This document shows, one piece after another, positions 1-9,648 of a DNA stretch of 64,000 nucleotides. The notes below the pieces were generated by a model. It searched no databases. It was not told where the DNA came from and saw only the letters and a list, made by a program, of their open reading frames with translations. The DNA is from Candidatus Hadarchaeota archaeon (lineage in GTDB: Archaea > Hadarchaeota > Hadarchaeia > Hadarchaeales > Hadarchaeaceae). The DNA is taken from the NCBI GenBank assembly GCA_964514945.1, contig CAZESD010000002.1:13369-77368 (forward strand), given 5' to 3'. Made by a program: the position numbers and the translations under genes. How positions within the stretch are numbered: position 1 is the stretch's first letter; every line of letters begins with the position of its first letter.

Positions 1-2
1 AG

Positions 3-230
3 GTGCTGCCGCAGAGGTCGAACTTTATTAACCGAGCGTTTGATTACGTTAAGGAGCGTGATTTCGTGACAGGAAAGATTGAGGACATGGTAGCTGATTT
101 GATCGCCGAACTCAGACATCGGCTCGATGAGCTCGAGTGCCGCGTTGCATCTCTTGAGCTATCACTCGGAAAGGTCAAGCCACCCAATCGTGCTGGCAAG
201 ATTGTTAAGTCAAAGCGCCACAGCAGATGA
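3..230 (+). CDS. Hypothetical coiled-coil protein; the 5' end is cut off by the window edge
   Basis: ORF open from the window start; charged coiled-coil-like C-terminus (ELRHRLDELECRVASLELSL); its stop overlaps the start of the next ORF by 4 nt, consistent with an operon joined to the ATPase fragment. Confidence 0.3.
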   Translation: MLPQRSNFINRAFDYVKERDFVTGKIEDMVADLIAELRHRLDELECRVASLELSLGKVKPPNRAGKIVKSKRHSR

Positions 231-1405
231 TAATTATGGCGCTTCGGACCTATCGTTCCGGCCCACTCCAAGTTGCAGAAATCGAGTGTTATGGGTGTGA
301 AGGGCTGAGTTCACTCGAAGATAAGCGTTGTCGCGCCTGTGTGCTCGAGCAGCTCGGTGCGCAAAACTTGGTGGACCAAGTTACCCTTCGCCGGGCCTAT
401 AAACGGGTGTACTGTTCGAGCGAACTCTCAAAACTCGCCAGAACCCTAGCTGTGCTTAAGCAGCTCATTTTCGACCGTGCATCCTATGCGGTGAGTGAGA
501 AAGGTAAGTGCAAAGGTTGCGTGGATAAACGATGCAGAGAATTGACCGAACGATGGGAAAAACTTCTAGAAGCACCGCACGATTTTTCACCGACTGAGGA
601 ATTGGCGAAAAAATACAGTAGGCTCAAAGGAGAATGCGCAAAATGTACCGAGCGTTATTTCCTAAAACTCCTCGCGAGCGCAAAGACAGGGCTGGTGGGC
701 ATTACAGCCATCCAAAACGCTAACGGAATGAATTACGACGAGGTTTTTGCGGCGCGGGTGATGCCGTTTTTCGTCGAGGGGATTTGTCATCCGCCAAGGC
801 ACAGGTTAAAACTGCTTGAAACTTATGAGTTAGCCGAGCGGCGAGGCATCGTGCGGATTTATGAACAGCTCGATCGTCCGCTACCGTTTTACCAGCTTGA
901 TCTTCCAGAGCTCAAGATGCCCGCTGAGCACCTTCAGTTGCTGGATGATGCATATAAATTTGAGACGACGGCCAAGCCGGGACACGCCCGTTTTGCTTTC
1001 CCAACACGAATCTCGGGGTTCCTCGACGATTGGTACAATGTTTTGCTACACATCCTTCGGGAGCGCTCGGATATCAATATCCCCTCGAGTGAGCTTAGGG
1101 AACTGGCCAAACAGATGTCTGGCTGGCTTACCTACCGGTGGCTTGAACCCCTCAGTTACGATGACAAACTCACCGACATTTACATCCCCGCACCGCCCGA
1201 GCTTCAGCCTATTCGAGTCGTCCACGAACGTTGGGATATGTGCGAGACTGGTATCCATTGGACGACGCCGGCTCTGTTGGGATTTGGGGAAACTCTCGCT
1301 TCCCGCCTCGCGACATCGTTCGATGAAGTTCGCCCGCAGCTGGACATTGAAATTCCCGAGCTTGGAATGCGATTGTTTTTGAGTCGTTACCCGGCGGTAA
1401 AGTAA
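227..1405 (+). pseudogene. N-terminal fragment of a FlaI/TadA(CpaF)-like type IV pilus/secretion ATPase, cut off by an insertion
   Basis: The C-terminal third matches the conserved N-domain layout of archaeal FlaI/TadA ATPases (FYQLDLPELKMPAEHLQLL.., LTDIYI..IRVVHERW, PQLDIEIPELGMRLFL compared with PILDGRLPDGSRLQAT). It ends exactly where the linker to the Walker A region should begin. A continuation in the same frame is found at 27169 on the far side of a 25.8-kb insertion. The Cys-rich N-terminus (several CxxC pairs) may be an extra Zn module. Confidence 0.7.
1387..1396. repeat. Left copy of the 10-bp direct repeat TTACCCGGCG (candidate attL core or target-site duplication)
   Basis: An identical 10-mer is present at 27183..27192. 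Both copies encode Y-P-A in the ATPase reading frame (SRYPAVK* on the left, IYYPAIWS on the right). Confidence 0.7.
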
Positions 1406-1637
1406 CCACTTGTGAGAATTTGTACGCGGCTAAAGGATTACGAGGCCGTAAAGCTCTCAAGTGCAAGTATTACAAAAGAGGTTCAAAGGATCCATCGCGA
1501 CCTCACCTTCCCATGGAGAAAAGCATGCATAGACCTGAATTCTCACCAAATTCGGAAGAGGTCAAGTTTTCCAATAATCTGTTAGATGATAGAAAGCCAA
1601 AATTTATACGATATGAAAGCCAAGCAAACAGAAAGGG

Positions 1638-2348
1638 ATGAAAATGGGAATTCCTGAAATTTTGATGTGGTTAATTTTTGGAGCTATTATCGGTTTCGTG
1701 CTGCAAAATATACTATTTGAACTATTTGCTGGTCCAGAATTGCGATTCAAAATAAAGTATTACAGAAAAAAGCTTGGTAAAAGAATTAGAAATCCTCATG
1801 TAAAAACAGTTCTTACGACTAAAACAGACGATTTAATAGATAAAAATTTAGATCTCAATGAAATTAGAGAATTAATCAAGAACGAGTTAAAAAACAAAGG
1901 TTTCGAAGTAGAGCCTCGAGGAGAAGATCTCAAATTTAATTTCACAACAGGCAAAACAGAAATAAACGCTGATGTCATGTTTGCTCCCGAAGTTGTGGAA
2001 GAGGGAAAGGTAATAACCTCCGAAGTAGAGGTGAATCTCACGGCCTCCTGTGGGTACAACAACTTTGAAGGCTATATTTTGGATTTGAAAAAAGGTGCAG
2101 AAATGATAGAGAAATGTCTAAGGAAGGTTATCAAAGACGTGGAATTTAAAGGAGGAAACTTGACTTGTGAGCTGAAAAACCTATATGAATTAACAGGGAT
2201 CTTATCCGGACTTGAGTTAAGCTCCCTTGCGGCGAAAATTGGAAATCGGTACTCGATTGACTTGTTTAAAAATAGAATAATAACTTATGGTGACATAGAC
2301 CAAAATGTTACATCAATATTGCGAAAGATAATTACAGTATATCTCTAG
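1638..2348 (+). CDS. Hypothetical membrane-anchored protein (one N-terminal transmembrane helix plus a soluble domain)
   Basis: N-terminal hydrophobic helix IPEILMWLIFGAIIGFVL; AT-rich coding sequence; no recognisable motif. Confidence 0.5.
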   Translation: MKMGIPEILMWLIFGAIIGFVLQNILFELFAGPELRFKIKYYRKKLGKRIRNPHVKTVLTTKTDDLIDKNLDLNEIRELIKNELKNKGFEVEPRGEDLKFNFTTGKTEINADVMFAPEVVEEGKVITSEVEVNLTASCGYNNFEGYILDLKKGAEMIEKCLRKVIKDVEFKGGNLTCELKNLYELTGILSGLELSSLAAKIGNRYSIDLFKNRIITYGDIDQNVTSILRKIITVYL

Positions 2349-2353
2349 TAGTT

Positions 2354-3037
2354 TTACACCAATGGAAGAATATTATTTTTCACGAATTGCAATATCTCTT
2401 CCTCGCTCATTGCAGAAATAAATGCAATTCCCCCCGTTTGGCTTAGTCGAACCGTCAAGCCATTTTCTCTTAATGTTACCATGACCGAACTCTTGTGTCC
2501 GTGATCATCATATCTCTTATGATCAGGCGATCTCGATAAGTTTGTACCTCCCAAAGCGGCTTTTGAAATACCTGGAATATTGAGGTCAGACCAGTTACAA
2601 TGTCTCAGTACATGCGGGTTTTGACGCAGGAACATCTCAATCATCTTTGTCGAAAATGGTTGTTTGAGAATAATGTCAGCTTTAAAAAATGCTTTATTCA
2701 TTTTTGTTGCCGCGTTTTCTGCATCCCATCTACTAGCTAATAGAATGAAAAAAAGTGAACTGCCTAAAGTAAAAACGAACTTGACTTTAACTGCCTCTTT
2801 AACATAGTTTACCCCACCGTCTGTCTGCAAAATTGCCCGGGAGACCTCATAGATAATCGATCCATGAAGATCCTTTTCTTTCATAACGAGATCATCAATA
2901 ATAGTGAGTAATTCCAGATCCTCCTCATTCATTTTAACTTTAAATTTGTCGATTATCCTTTTCTCTTTCAGTTTCCTTTGCAGTTCTTTTAACGGGATGA
3001 CTTTTTCCAATCTAAATAATCTGCATGGGACAATCAT
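2354..3037 (-). CDS. Hypothetical protein
   Basis: Long ORF in an AT-rich cargo block; no recognisable motif. Confidence 0.45.
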   Translation of the reverse strand: MIVPCRLFRLEKVIPLKELQRKLKEKRIIDKFKVKMNEEDLELLTIIDDLVMKEKDLHGSIIYEVSRAILQTDGGVNYVKEAVKVKFVFTLGSSLFFILLASRWDAENAATKMNKAFFKADIILKQPFSTKMIEMFLRQNPHVLRHCNWSDLNIPGISKAALGGTNLSRSPDHKRYDDHGHKSSVMVTLRENGLTVRLSQTGGIAFISAMSEEEILQFVKNNILPLV

Positions 3038-3701
3038 CTTATGCCCCTTTTTCTTTCTTCACTGCACTTATAAACCTAAGTTTCTGGTTAAAAATAGAGC
3101 GTTGAATTCTGTTTCAGATTTTGTTTTAATAAACAATTAGAGTACTAAAATTATCTGACGGCCTACAATAAGGAAGGGCTTATTAACTAGTCCAAGCCTA
3201 AGCGATTACTTTTTCTTTAGATTTACTGCACATTTTCCGATGTACGAACGAACTGAAGGAGATGGGAGAAATTGGATGTGACAAACGGGAATAACTTCGA
3301 TGTTGTAAACCTTTTTGACTATTTCATTTACTGTTCTCGTTACACCCTCTTCCCTTCCGTAATCATCAAACACAACTACCGTTCATTTGTGCATAAATTT
3401 CTGAACGTGCAGATTATACTAACCTCTTTCTTTTCAAACTACGTGGTGCGTTCCTCGCTTCTCGCACAGTCGGCACGGCACGGCGGGCGAGGGCTTTGAG
3501 CTGTTTAAATATGGGTTCTGCCATTTTCCCCTCAAATTAACCATAATAGGCTGTCACCAGATTAATAAAGTTTTTATATGAAGGTTCTGCTGCGTATTAG
3601 GGACTTTTAGCATTTTTAGCCCTCGGTGGTGCAATTCGGGACTTGGATGCACGTGGCCGAGAACGGTGCCTCAAGCCACGTGCTGAATGCTAATTTGCAT
3701 C

Positions 3702-5456
3702 TCACGGTTTTGAGCCCGATGCTGAACGAGGCTGGGGATAAACATTCGGGAACTCGGAGTAGTAATCTAAAACGTTAAAGAATATCGGCTCGCCAGAAAT
3801 CGAAAGCGGAGAAATGGGTCCGTACACCATGAAGGGATACTGCTTTCCCCCCATTGTGAGTAATGTCGCGGGATCCCTGAAGCTCTGGTAGAGATCCAAG
3901 TATCCTCCTCCCCCTATCAGCTCTCGTATTGCTCTGAGTTCCCCTCCCCAAGAGAGCCCGTAACCAAAAAAACATATACGCATCTGTTTCAGTACCTCTA
4001 TATCCAGGCCCGCGATGGATGTGCTGATGAAAAGCCACCCAAATCCGTACTTTCTCGTTTCTCTGACGGCCGTCGTAAGCGTCCCCTTGAGATTCTTGAA
4101 ATCTTCGTCCACGGGCCTCTCTGAGGGAATGAATCTATGGGCCTCGTCCACCATCACGAGTAGGTTAAGCAACTCCCTCTCTCGGTACAGGGTCTCCGCG
4201 GCATCCCTCAGTTTTGCGAAGATTTCGTTCAGGACTATCGCCATGACTTCTGGACTCCAGAAGATTCCAGCGGCAGCGGTCTCCGAGAGGTCTATGATCA
4301 CGACGCACTTTTGCTTGCATATTTTCTGGATTAGATCATCAATCCTGACCTTTTGCGGAGCGACAACGAAAAGATCGGTGACAGACCTCCAGATGCTATA
4401 AAGATTTTGTCTCCTGTTAGCGATACAATTTCTAACCCGCATCTGTCCATCCGAACCCACATAGATTCTCTCCACATTCTGGTCGAGGTAATTCATGAGC
4501 TGGTCAAAAGCAGCTTGATGATTTATTGGAACAAAACCCTGTAGAGTGGAAACTCCGTGGGTCATTGGCGGGCGGGCAGACGGTTGTGTCAGAAACGACT
4601 CAATCAGGTAGAGCGCGTTTAACTGGTTTTCCTCCGCCACGACGCCGAGTTCGTGAAGGAACCTTGACCGGAGGAGGATTCGCTGAAGACTCGTGGGACT
4701 GGAAAGGCAGATGTCGCAGACCCTGTACACCTCGGGGGTTCTTCCTACTTGGCTCAGGAGCTTCACCAGATGCTCTTTATTCCTGACCTCGCTGGAGTAC
4801 TCACCGACAGGATCCAGCGCGAGGATTGACATCTGTGGGAACTTGGTGTAAATCGCAAGGAGCATCCTGGCCAAATAAGACTTTCCGGACCCAGTTTTTC
4901 CGAAGACCCCGATGTGGTACCCCTCCCCCAGTCCGCCGTTTTTCCCGAAGTGTTTGAAAAACATTGGAAGGAATATATCCGTGTTGTACAACTTCCCGAC
5001 ATAAGAAATGTCGGTCTGCGCCTTCACGAGTTCGTCCACGATCTCTTGGTTGAGGAGGAAGATTTTCGTCCCCGTTGGAGGAACTGAACCCAATGCGACG
5101 GGCAGTATCTTCCCCTTGTCCCAGGAATAGACCGATCCGACTGAGATCTCCATCCCCCTTACATCATGTTGCTCGGTCAACGGCGGCGCGCGCCCACGAA
5201 AGCTTGTGATCTTGCGAACCGAGTGTCGCTCGATGTACGGGTTCTCGAGCGAGATGGACACCACTTGCCCCATGGCGTAAACGGGCTTTCCATCTTGCCT
5301 GGATTCGGTGATACAGAAGTTTCCAACTATCCCCTTCTCGTATGCACCCTCGATTAAATCAGCGACCAGAGAGTGGCTGGATGACGGGGATCCAACGACG
5401 CCTATCCATTCCCCGCGCTGGACCTTACCGCCGAGCTCGTCCTGTTTTTCACTCAC
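3702..5456 (-). CDS. herA: HerA-like (DUF87/FtsK-HerA superfamily) hexameric ATPase/helicase
   Basis: Walker A GVFGKTGSGKSYLARML; Walker B/DEAH-like box LLVMVDEAHRF; an N-terminal region before the P-loop as in HerA HAS-barrel proteins; 4-nt start/stop overlap (ATGA) with the upstream NurA-like gene. Confidence 0.85.
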   Translation of the reverse strand: MSEKQDELGGKVQRGEWIGVVGSPSSSHSLVADLIEGAYEKGIVGNFCITESRQDGKPVYAMGQVVSISLENPYIERHSVRKITSFRGRAPPLTEQHDVRGMEISVGSVYSWDKGKILPVALGSVPPTGTKIFLLNQEIVDELVKAQTDISYVGKLYNTDIFLPMFFKHFGKNGGLGEGYHIGVFGKTGSGKSYLARMLLAIYTKFPQMSILALDPVGEYSSEVRNKEHLVKLLSQVGRTPEVYRVCDICLSSPTSLQRILLRSRFLHELGVVAEENQLNALYLIESFLTQPSARPPMTHGVSTLQGFVPINHQAAFDQLMNYLDQNVERIYVGSDGQMRVRNCIANRRQNLYSIWRSVTDLFVVAPQKVRIDDLIQKICKQKCVVIIDLSETAAAGIFWSPEVMAIVLNEIFAKLRDAAETLYRERELLNLLVMVDEAHRFIPSERPVDEDFKNLKGTLTTAVRETRKYGFGWLFISTSIAGLDIEVLKQMRICFFGYGLSWGGELRAIRELIGGGGYLDLYQSFRDPATLLTMGGKQYPFMVYGPISPLSISGEPIFFNVLDYYSEFPNVYPQPRSASGSKP

Positions 5457-6616
5457 TCGAATCCCCCCTCAGTTCTGTAGTCGTGAGATGCTAAAAAAAC
5501 ATCGACTGGAACACCGACTACTCGGTCCACATCGTTCAAAGCTGCCTCCCGGAGCTCGGCGAGGGCGAAGTACGCGTGCTTGACGAACTGGTCCGCGATG
5601 TAGAGAGGATACGGTTCGAAAATGCCGGGGATTCCGGATTGATCCATCAAAGCTTCTAGCAGCACCGCGACCCTGCGTTCGTCTTGGGCCACGTTCTCTG
5701 CTACCTCGAGTCTGAGCGCCGGGTGGGCTGGGGACACCTTGAAATAGAAAACTTGTAACTCCCACAGCGCATCGATTATCTTTTTTCTCAACCTAACGAA
5801 TACCTGATCGCTTTCCATTTCTCCGAGTGTGAGGTGCCAGCGGTCCTCCGGGCGGCTGAGCTTCACGGGTCCTACCACATCGCCGGGTTTCAGGGCTATC
5901 GACAGCAGTCCCTTATCGTCTATCCCCTTGAGGACTGCGTGGTTCATGTCTTCCTTTACCAGCAGTGAAAGAATCTCGCTCCGAGTGGTGTACTTCGGCA
6001 CGCCGACGTACATGATGTCGGTCCTTGGAGAAGTGAGGACCTTGAGGTAGTTCTCCAGCGTTGTTTTTTGTCTTGAAACGAACTCATTTTTGAGTTTTTC
6101 TGGGGCATGGCTGACCGCGCGAAATCCCTGTCCAATTTTTATAAGCTGGGTTGTGAGCGAGCCGTCCAAAAAAACGACACGATGGGGGGCGCTCGTGGCG
6201 AGATTAAGCTCGTAAGAAAACATAAGGGCACTACACACGGGTAGCGTTTCGGGTTTGTGCTCGACAGGAAAAATGCGGACGATGTGGTGCGGTTTCTCCC
6301 ACCGTCTGGTTTCTTTTGGTGGGACAAGTCCCTCAACCGCGACACCTGCAATTCCAGTCGTGTCCAGCGAGAGTTGTCGAATGACCGCATAGGTTCCATC
6401 CACACCAACGGTTGTCGGGTAGCTCTTTTGTCTCAACAACTCGTTCACATTTCTTAACTGCCCGAGCTCGATGAGCTTTTCCCTCACGGGGGTTTTTATG
6501 TTCTCTATCTCTCGTAACCTGTCACTCACACTTTGAACAACTTCGCCGTGTTTTTGGAGCATCTCGTCCACCATCGACTCAGGGAGAAAATCTAGTGGAC
6601 TTTCGTACTTCTTCAT
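5453..6616 (-). CDS. nurA: NurA-like 5'-3' nuclease, partner of HerA
   Basis: NurA signature motifs VGVDGTYAV (motif I, xDGS/T) and VVFLDGSL. It is translationally coupled to herA. I prefer the start at 6616 (MKKYESPL) over the track start at 6703 because 6703 would overlap the upstream gene by 85 nt. Confidence 0.7.
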   Translation of the reverse strand: MKKYESPLDFLPESMVDEMLQKHGEVVQSVSDRLREIENIKTPVREKLIELGQLRNVNELLRQKSYPTTVGVDGTYAVIRQLSLDTTGIAGVAVEGLVPPKETRRWEKPHHIVRIFPVEHKPETLPVCSALMFSYELNLATSAPHRVVFLDGSLTTQLIKIGQGFRAVSHAPEKLKNEFVSRQKTTLENYLKVLTSPRTDIMYVGVPKYTTRSEILSLLVKEDMNHAVLKGIDDKGLLSIALKPGDVVGPVKLSRPEDRWHLTLGEMESDQVFVRLRKKIIDALWELQVFYFKVSPAHPALRLEVAENVAQDERRVAVLLEALMDQSGIPGIFEPYPLYIADQFVKHAYFALAELREAALNDVDRVVGVPVDVFLASHDYRTEGGFE

Positions 6617-6618
6617 GT

Positions 6619-7464
6619 TCAATGCCTCGGTGCCTCCAAAATTAACAGCTTCTTGCGACCCCGCTCTCTCGCCATGACTTTCCATCCCGCACGCTTGAAA
6701 CAAAAACCTGGATCTGTGCTTTTAATTGCTTTTGGGTTAACATATGTGAATAAGCGTTTCCCCGACCATTTCTTTATGGCTTGCTTCACAGCTTCTTTGA
6801 TTAAATCACTCGATAGTCCAGCCCCCTCGTTTCTGAACAGCGCACACTCTACTCCCTTCTGTCCATCCCAGCGGATTTTGTTCAATCTCCAGACGAACAG
6901 GGCTCGTTTGTCTGGAGTTATCAAGACCAGTTTTTCACCTGGACCGCAGAAAAACCTCGCGCCCCTAGTTTTTCTGGAGTAGTGATTATCAGCTAGTCTC
7001 TTGGCATCCAAGTTCGCATCATGGGTCACCATCCACACAACTTTTTCTTTGCCCCCATCATAGTCCTCGCTCCAGCGATTGAACTTTGTGAACCCACCAA
7101 GAGCCCGCATTACCGAGCGCGAGCTAATGCCAACGGTAGTGGCTATTTTCTCATACGTAAAACCTTTCTCACGCATAGAAATCATTTTCGCTAAATCTCT
7201 GCGCGAGAGCTTTACCGGTCTCCCCTGCTTTGAGTAGTCATAGATCACATCGACCCTTTTTTGAAAGAGGTAATCTAGTGCTCTCCTGCTTGCATTTTTT
7301 CTCGCCGTTCGTGTGAGAGTTACCCTCTCCAGATTCGGGCATCGCTTCAAGAGAAGCTTTACCGTGTTGCAAGTAAGATAATTAACAACATGAACTTTTT
7401 TGGCGCATCGTGGAAGTCCGTCTATATCCTCATTTTTTCTTACAATCAAAATATCAGCCCCCAA
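6619..7464 (-). CDS. Hypothetical protein with an internal helix-turn-helix, first gene ahead of nurA-herA in the same operon
   Basis: HTH-like stretch TYEKIATTVGISSRSVMRAL; stop 2 nt before the preferred NurA start; unknown C-terminal domain. Confidence 0.5.
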   Translation of the reverse strand: MGADILIVRKNEDIDGLPRCAKKVHVVNYLTCNTVKLLLKRCPNLERVTLTRTARKNASRRALDYLFQKRVDVIYDYSKQGRPVKLSRRDLAKMISMREKGFTYEKIATTVGISSRSVMRALGGFTKFNRWSEDYDGGKEKVVWMVTHDANLDAKRLADNHYSRKTRGARFFCGPGEKLVLITPDKRALFVWRLNKIRWDGQKGVECALFRNEGAGLSSDLIKEAVKQAIKKWSGKRLFTYVNPKAIKSTDPGFCFKRAGWKVMARERGRKKLLILEAPRH

Positions 7465-7486
7465 ATAGGTGACATTTTGTTGAATA

Positions 7487-7990
7487 TTAACATTTTGTCA
7501 CTCCCCTCGCTCGCAGATTTTCACTTAAATTTTCGTCATTCTGTCGCTCCTCCGTTTCAAGTCTTTTGATGGTTCTGGTCTCTCTCTTTATCTCTTTGGG
7601 TCTTGGCCTAAGCTTCTTGTCCATCCTCTCCTTGAAGCGAACACCGACAACTTCTCTTGTAATGCCTAGTTCATAAAGTTCTTGAGGACGAACACAACCT
7701 TGGCGCAAAATCACCTCTGGGATTTTTTCTGGACTGGAGAAAATGCGAACCTCTACAGCAACCTTCAAAACACTTGGACCCGAATATCCCCGTCTGAATT
7801 CGATTAAAAATTTTGAACCCGATCGAGCAAGATATTGCTTCCCAACTGGGCTTGCCGCACTCCGAAATTCCCAGATCTTTTTCCCTTGCGCGATAAGGTC
7901 AAACCACTTCTTTTTAAGCGGGCAAAAAACCCTTCGCCATTTCTTAACACTTCCCATGATCAGATCCCCAAAAACCATCCGACCACCCAC
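7487..7990 (-). CDS. ASCH (PUA-like) domain protein
   Basis: KKWFDLIAQGKKIWEFR matches the ASCH core (hP.K..yfd.I..G.Kt.E.R); the C-terminal tail is basic. Confidence 0.55.
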   Translation of the reverse strand: MGGRMVFGDLIMGSVKKWRRVFCPLKKKWFDLIAQGKKIWEFRSAASPVGKQYLARSGSKFLIEFRRGYSGPSVLKVAVEVRIFSSPEKIPEVILRQGCVRPQELYELGITREVVGVRFKERMDKKLRPRPKEIKRETRTIKRLETEERQNDENLSENLRARGVTKC

Positions 7991-8343
7991 CCGATCGCGA
8001 ACCAGTAGAGCATGTCTAGGTTAAGCAGGAAAGACGCTTTATATCCGACGCCCTCCGCCAAGCGCCCGTAAACTTTCCTCCAAAGATGCGGATCGCCTAG
8101 TGCAATCAGTGGGTAGAGGCAGAACACCAGAGGCACGACGATAACGAAGCCGAAGTAGCTGGCCGACGCCCCGACCACGAACGCTAGGCCGCACTCGGCA
8201 CGGGCCAGAAGCGAGTAGATTGTCAACCTCCGATTGCCCTTCTTTATCTTGTGTCTCATTCGGGCCATGAACTTAGCATAGCCTTCGTCGAACCTTCGGG
8301 CCAAGAAGTCGCCTGGGGTGAGGATTAGGCGCTTGACGTTCAT
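7960..8343 (-). CDS. Small membrane protein, the full-length member (copy 1) of a family that recurs in this window
   Basis: 127 aa with two hydrophobic segments. Paralogous sequence recurs at 14583, 18249, 19277 and 20594. Confidence 0.6.
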   Translation of the reverse strand: MNVKRLILTPGDFLARRFDEGYAKFMARMRHKIKKGNRRLTIYSLLARAECGLAFVVGASASYFGFVIVVPLVFCLYPLIALGDPHLWRKVYGRLAEGVGYKASFLLNLDMLYWFAIGWVVGWFLGI

Positions 8344-8679
8344 TCCATTTCATCCTATTAATCTAGAGCAGCACGAGTCGCATGTTGCTTTTAATGTGCA
8401 CTCATTCATGCGGAGGATTTTTAGCAATTCTCCCATCTCCGTTTGTCTGCTCAAGAAAAATAACATCTCCGAAAACTCTGCAAGTTTTATACGGGTGTGA
8501 GGAGGGTGGGAAGTTGAGTCTTCTTCAAATCTCGAAAGATACAATCGCTCTCGTCCTTTGCAATCCTCGTTTCGGCGTGGACTTTCTTCTCAGGGGAGAT
8601 TTTTTTGGCTTGCAAAATGGGCCCTTTAATTGGGAGCTTAATTAATGTGCAAAGCCGAGTTAGATTTGAGGCATGTAAA

Positions 8680-9510
8680 TTAACGATCTATCTGGCTGAA
8701 CTTGGAAATAAGTTGCTCGATGGTTAATAACTCAGTGCTTCTGAACTTCAGAGCATTGTCTGTTACATTTTGTACTTCGTGTAGTTTCACTATTTTTTCG
8801 TCGCTTGACCATACAACCACGTATAGCGGAACATTAAGACTCTGTCTAAGAATATCCAAAGGTTTCCACCTGTTTATGTCTTTGGAAAAGTAAAGATTCA
8901 GATCATGAGATTTCACTGGAAATTTGCGAGTTCTACTGAATTCGAAAATAGCTTCCACCTCCTTGGCTATTTTGTTCAAGAGAAACCCATCAAGGTTACC
9001 TGGCCAAGGGACGCCGTGCCGTCGTAGGCACTGGTCTATGGATGATAATCGACCTGGCTCAACGAAACCTTTAGAGACATGAATTCCCTTCAGGCTTGAC
9101 ATCCACTGTGCGAGATCTTCGCATGAGTTAAACAACTTTTTATTTACAACTACTATCTGTCCCTCGTCTTTAGCATCTACAGACAAAAGCCAAAAATTTT
9201 CCCCCCCATCTTGCCATAGCAGGAGATACAGCGGAACATTTAGAGACCTAGCCAGCACTATCCTAGCAAGCCAAGGATCTTTGTCTTCTTTTGTTTCAAA
9301 CCACTTACAGATCTGAAGTTCTGTCCATTCTCCAACTCTGATTGTGGATTTGCGCCTTTCGAATAATGCGGTGACAATGTTGCCCCTAACGGAGTAACCT
9401 TCTACAGGGTAAAGTGGAATGCCTTTTTTAAGAAGGGATTCATATACCCAATTTTTGGCTTCTGGTGTATCTATCCGTAATTCTGCTGCCATAATTTCCC
9501 CTCCATTCAC
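8680..9510 (-). CDS. Hypothetical protein made of two tandem copies of one homologous domain
   Basis: The block ARSLNVPLYLLLWQDGGENFWLLSVD in the first half matches LRQSLNVPLYVVVWSSDEKIVKLHEV in the second half. Confidence 0.5.
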   Translation of the reverse strand: MNGGEIMAAELRIDTPEAKNWVYESLLKKGIPLYPVEGYSVRGNIVTALFERRKSTIRVGEWTELQICKWFETKEDKDPWLARIVLARSLNVPLYLLLWQDGGENFWLLSVDAKDEGQIVVVNKKLFNSCEDLAQWMSSLKGIHVSKGFVEPGRLSSIDQCLRRHGVPWPGNLDGFLLNKIAKEVEAIFEFSRTRKFPVKSHDLNLYFSKDINRWKPLDILRQSLNVPLYVVVWSSDEKIVKLHEVQNVTDNALKFRSTELLTIEQLISKFSQIDR

Positions 9511-9648
9511 TCTCGATCCTCCTTTGTGAAAACCTATAGCTTTATGCGCGACTATTAATTTTTAACCCAATATCTCTCAATGGGGGTTGCTCCTAAAATA
9601 GCTTCTGCTCCCAAGGTACTTTTAATATGCGGGCAGAAAATCGATAGA

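Noticed and set aside
227-1405. An independent Cys-rich zinc-finger protein
   Set aside because: The C-terminal third matches the FlaI/TadA N-domain block by block and joins seamlessly, in the same frame, to the ATPase-domain fragment at 27169.
3702-6616. HerA-NurA as the housekeeping pair belonging to the mre11-rad50 operon
   Set aside because: mre11-rad50 is more than 30 kb away in the host region, and this pair lies inside the element bounded by direct repeats. Euryarchaea do often separate these genes, so the housekeeping role cannot be fully excluded without the rest of the genome.
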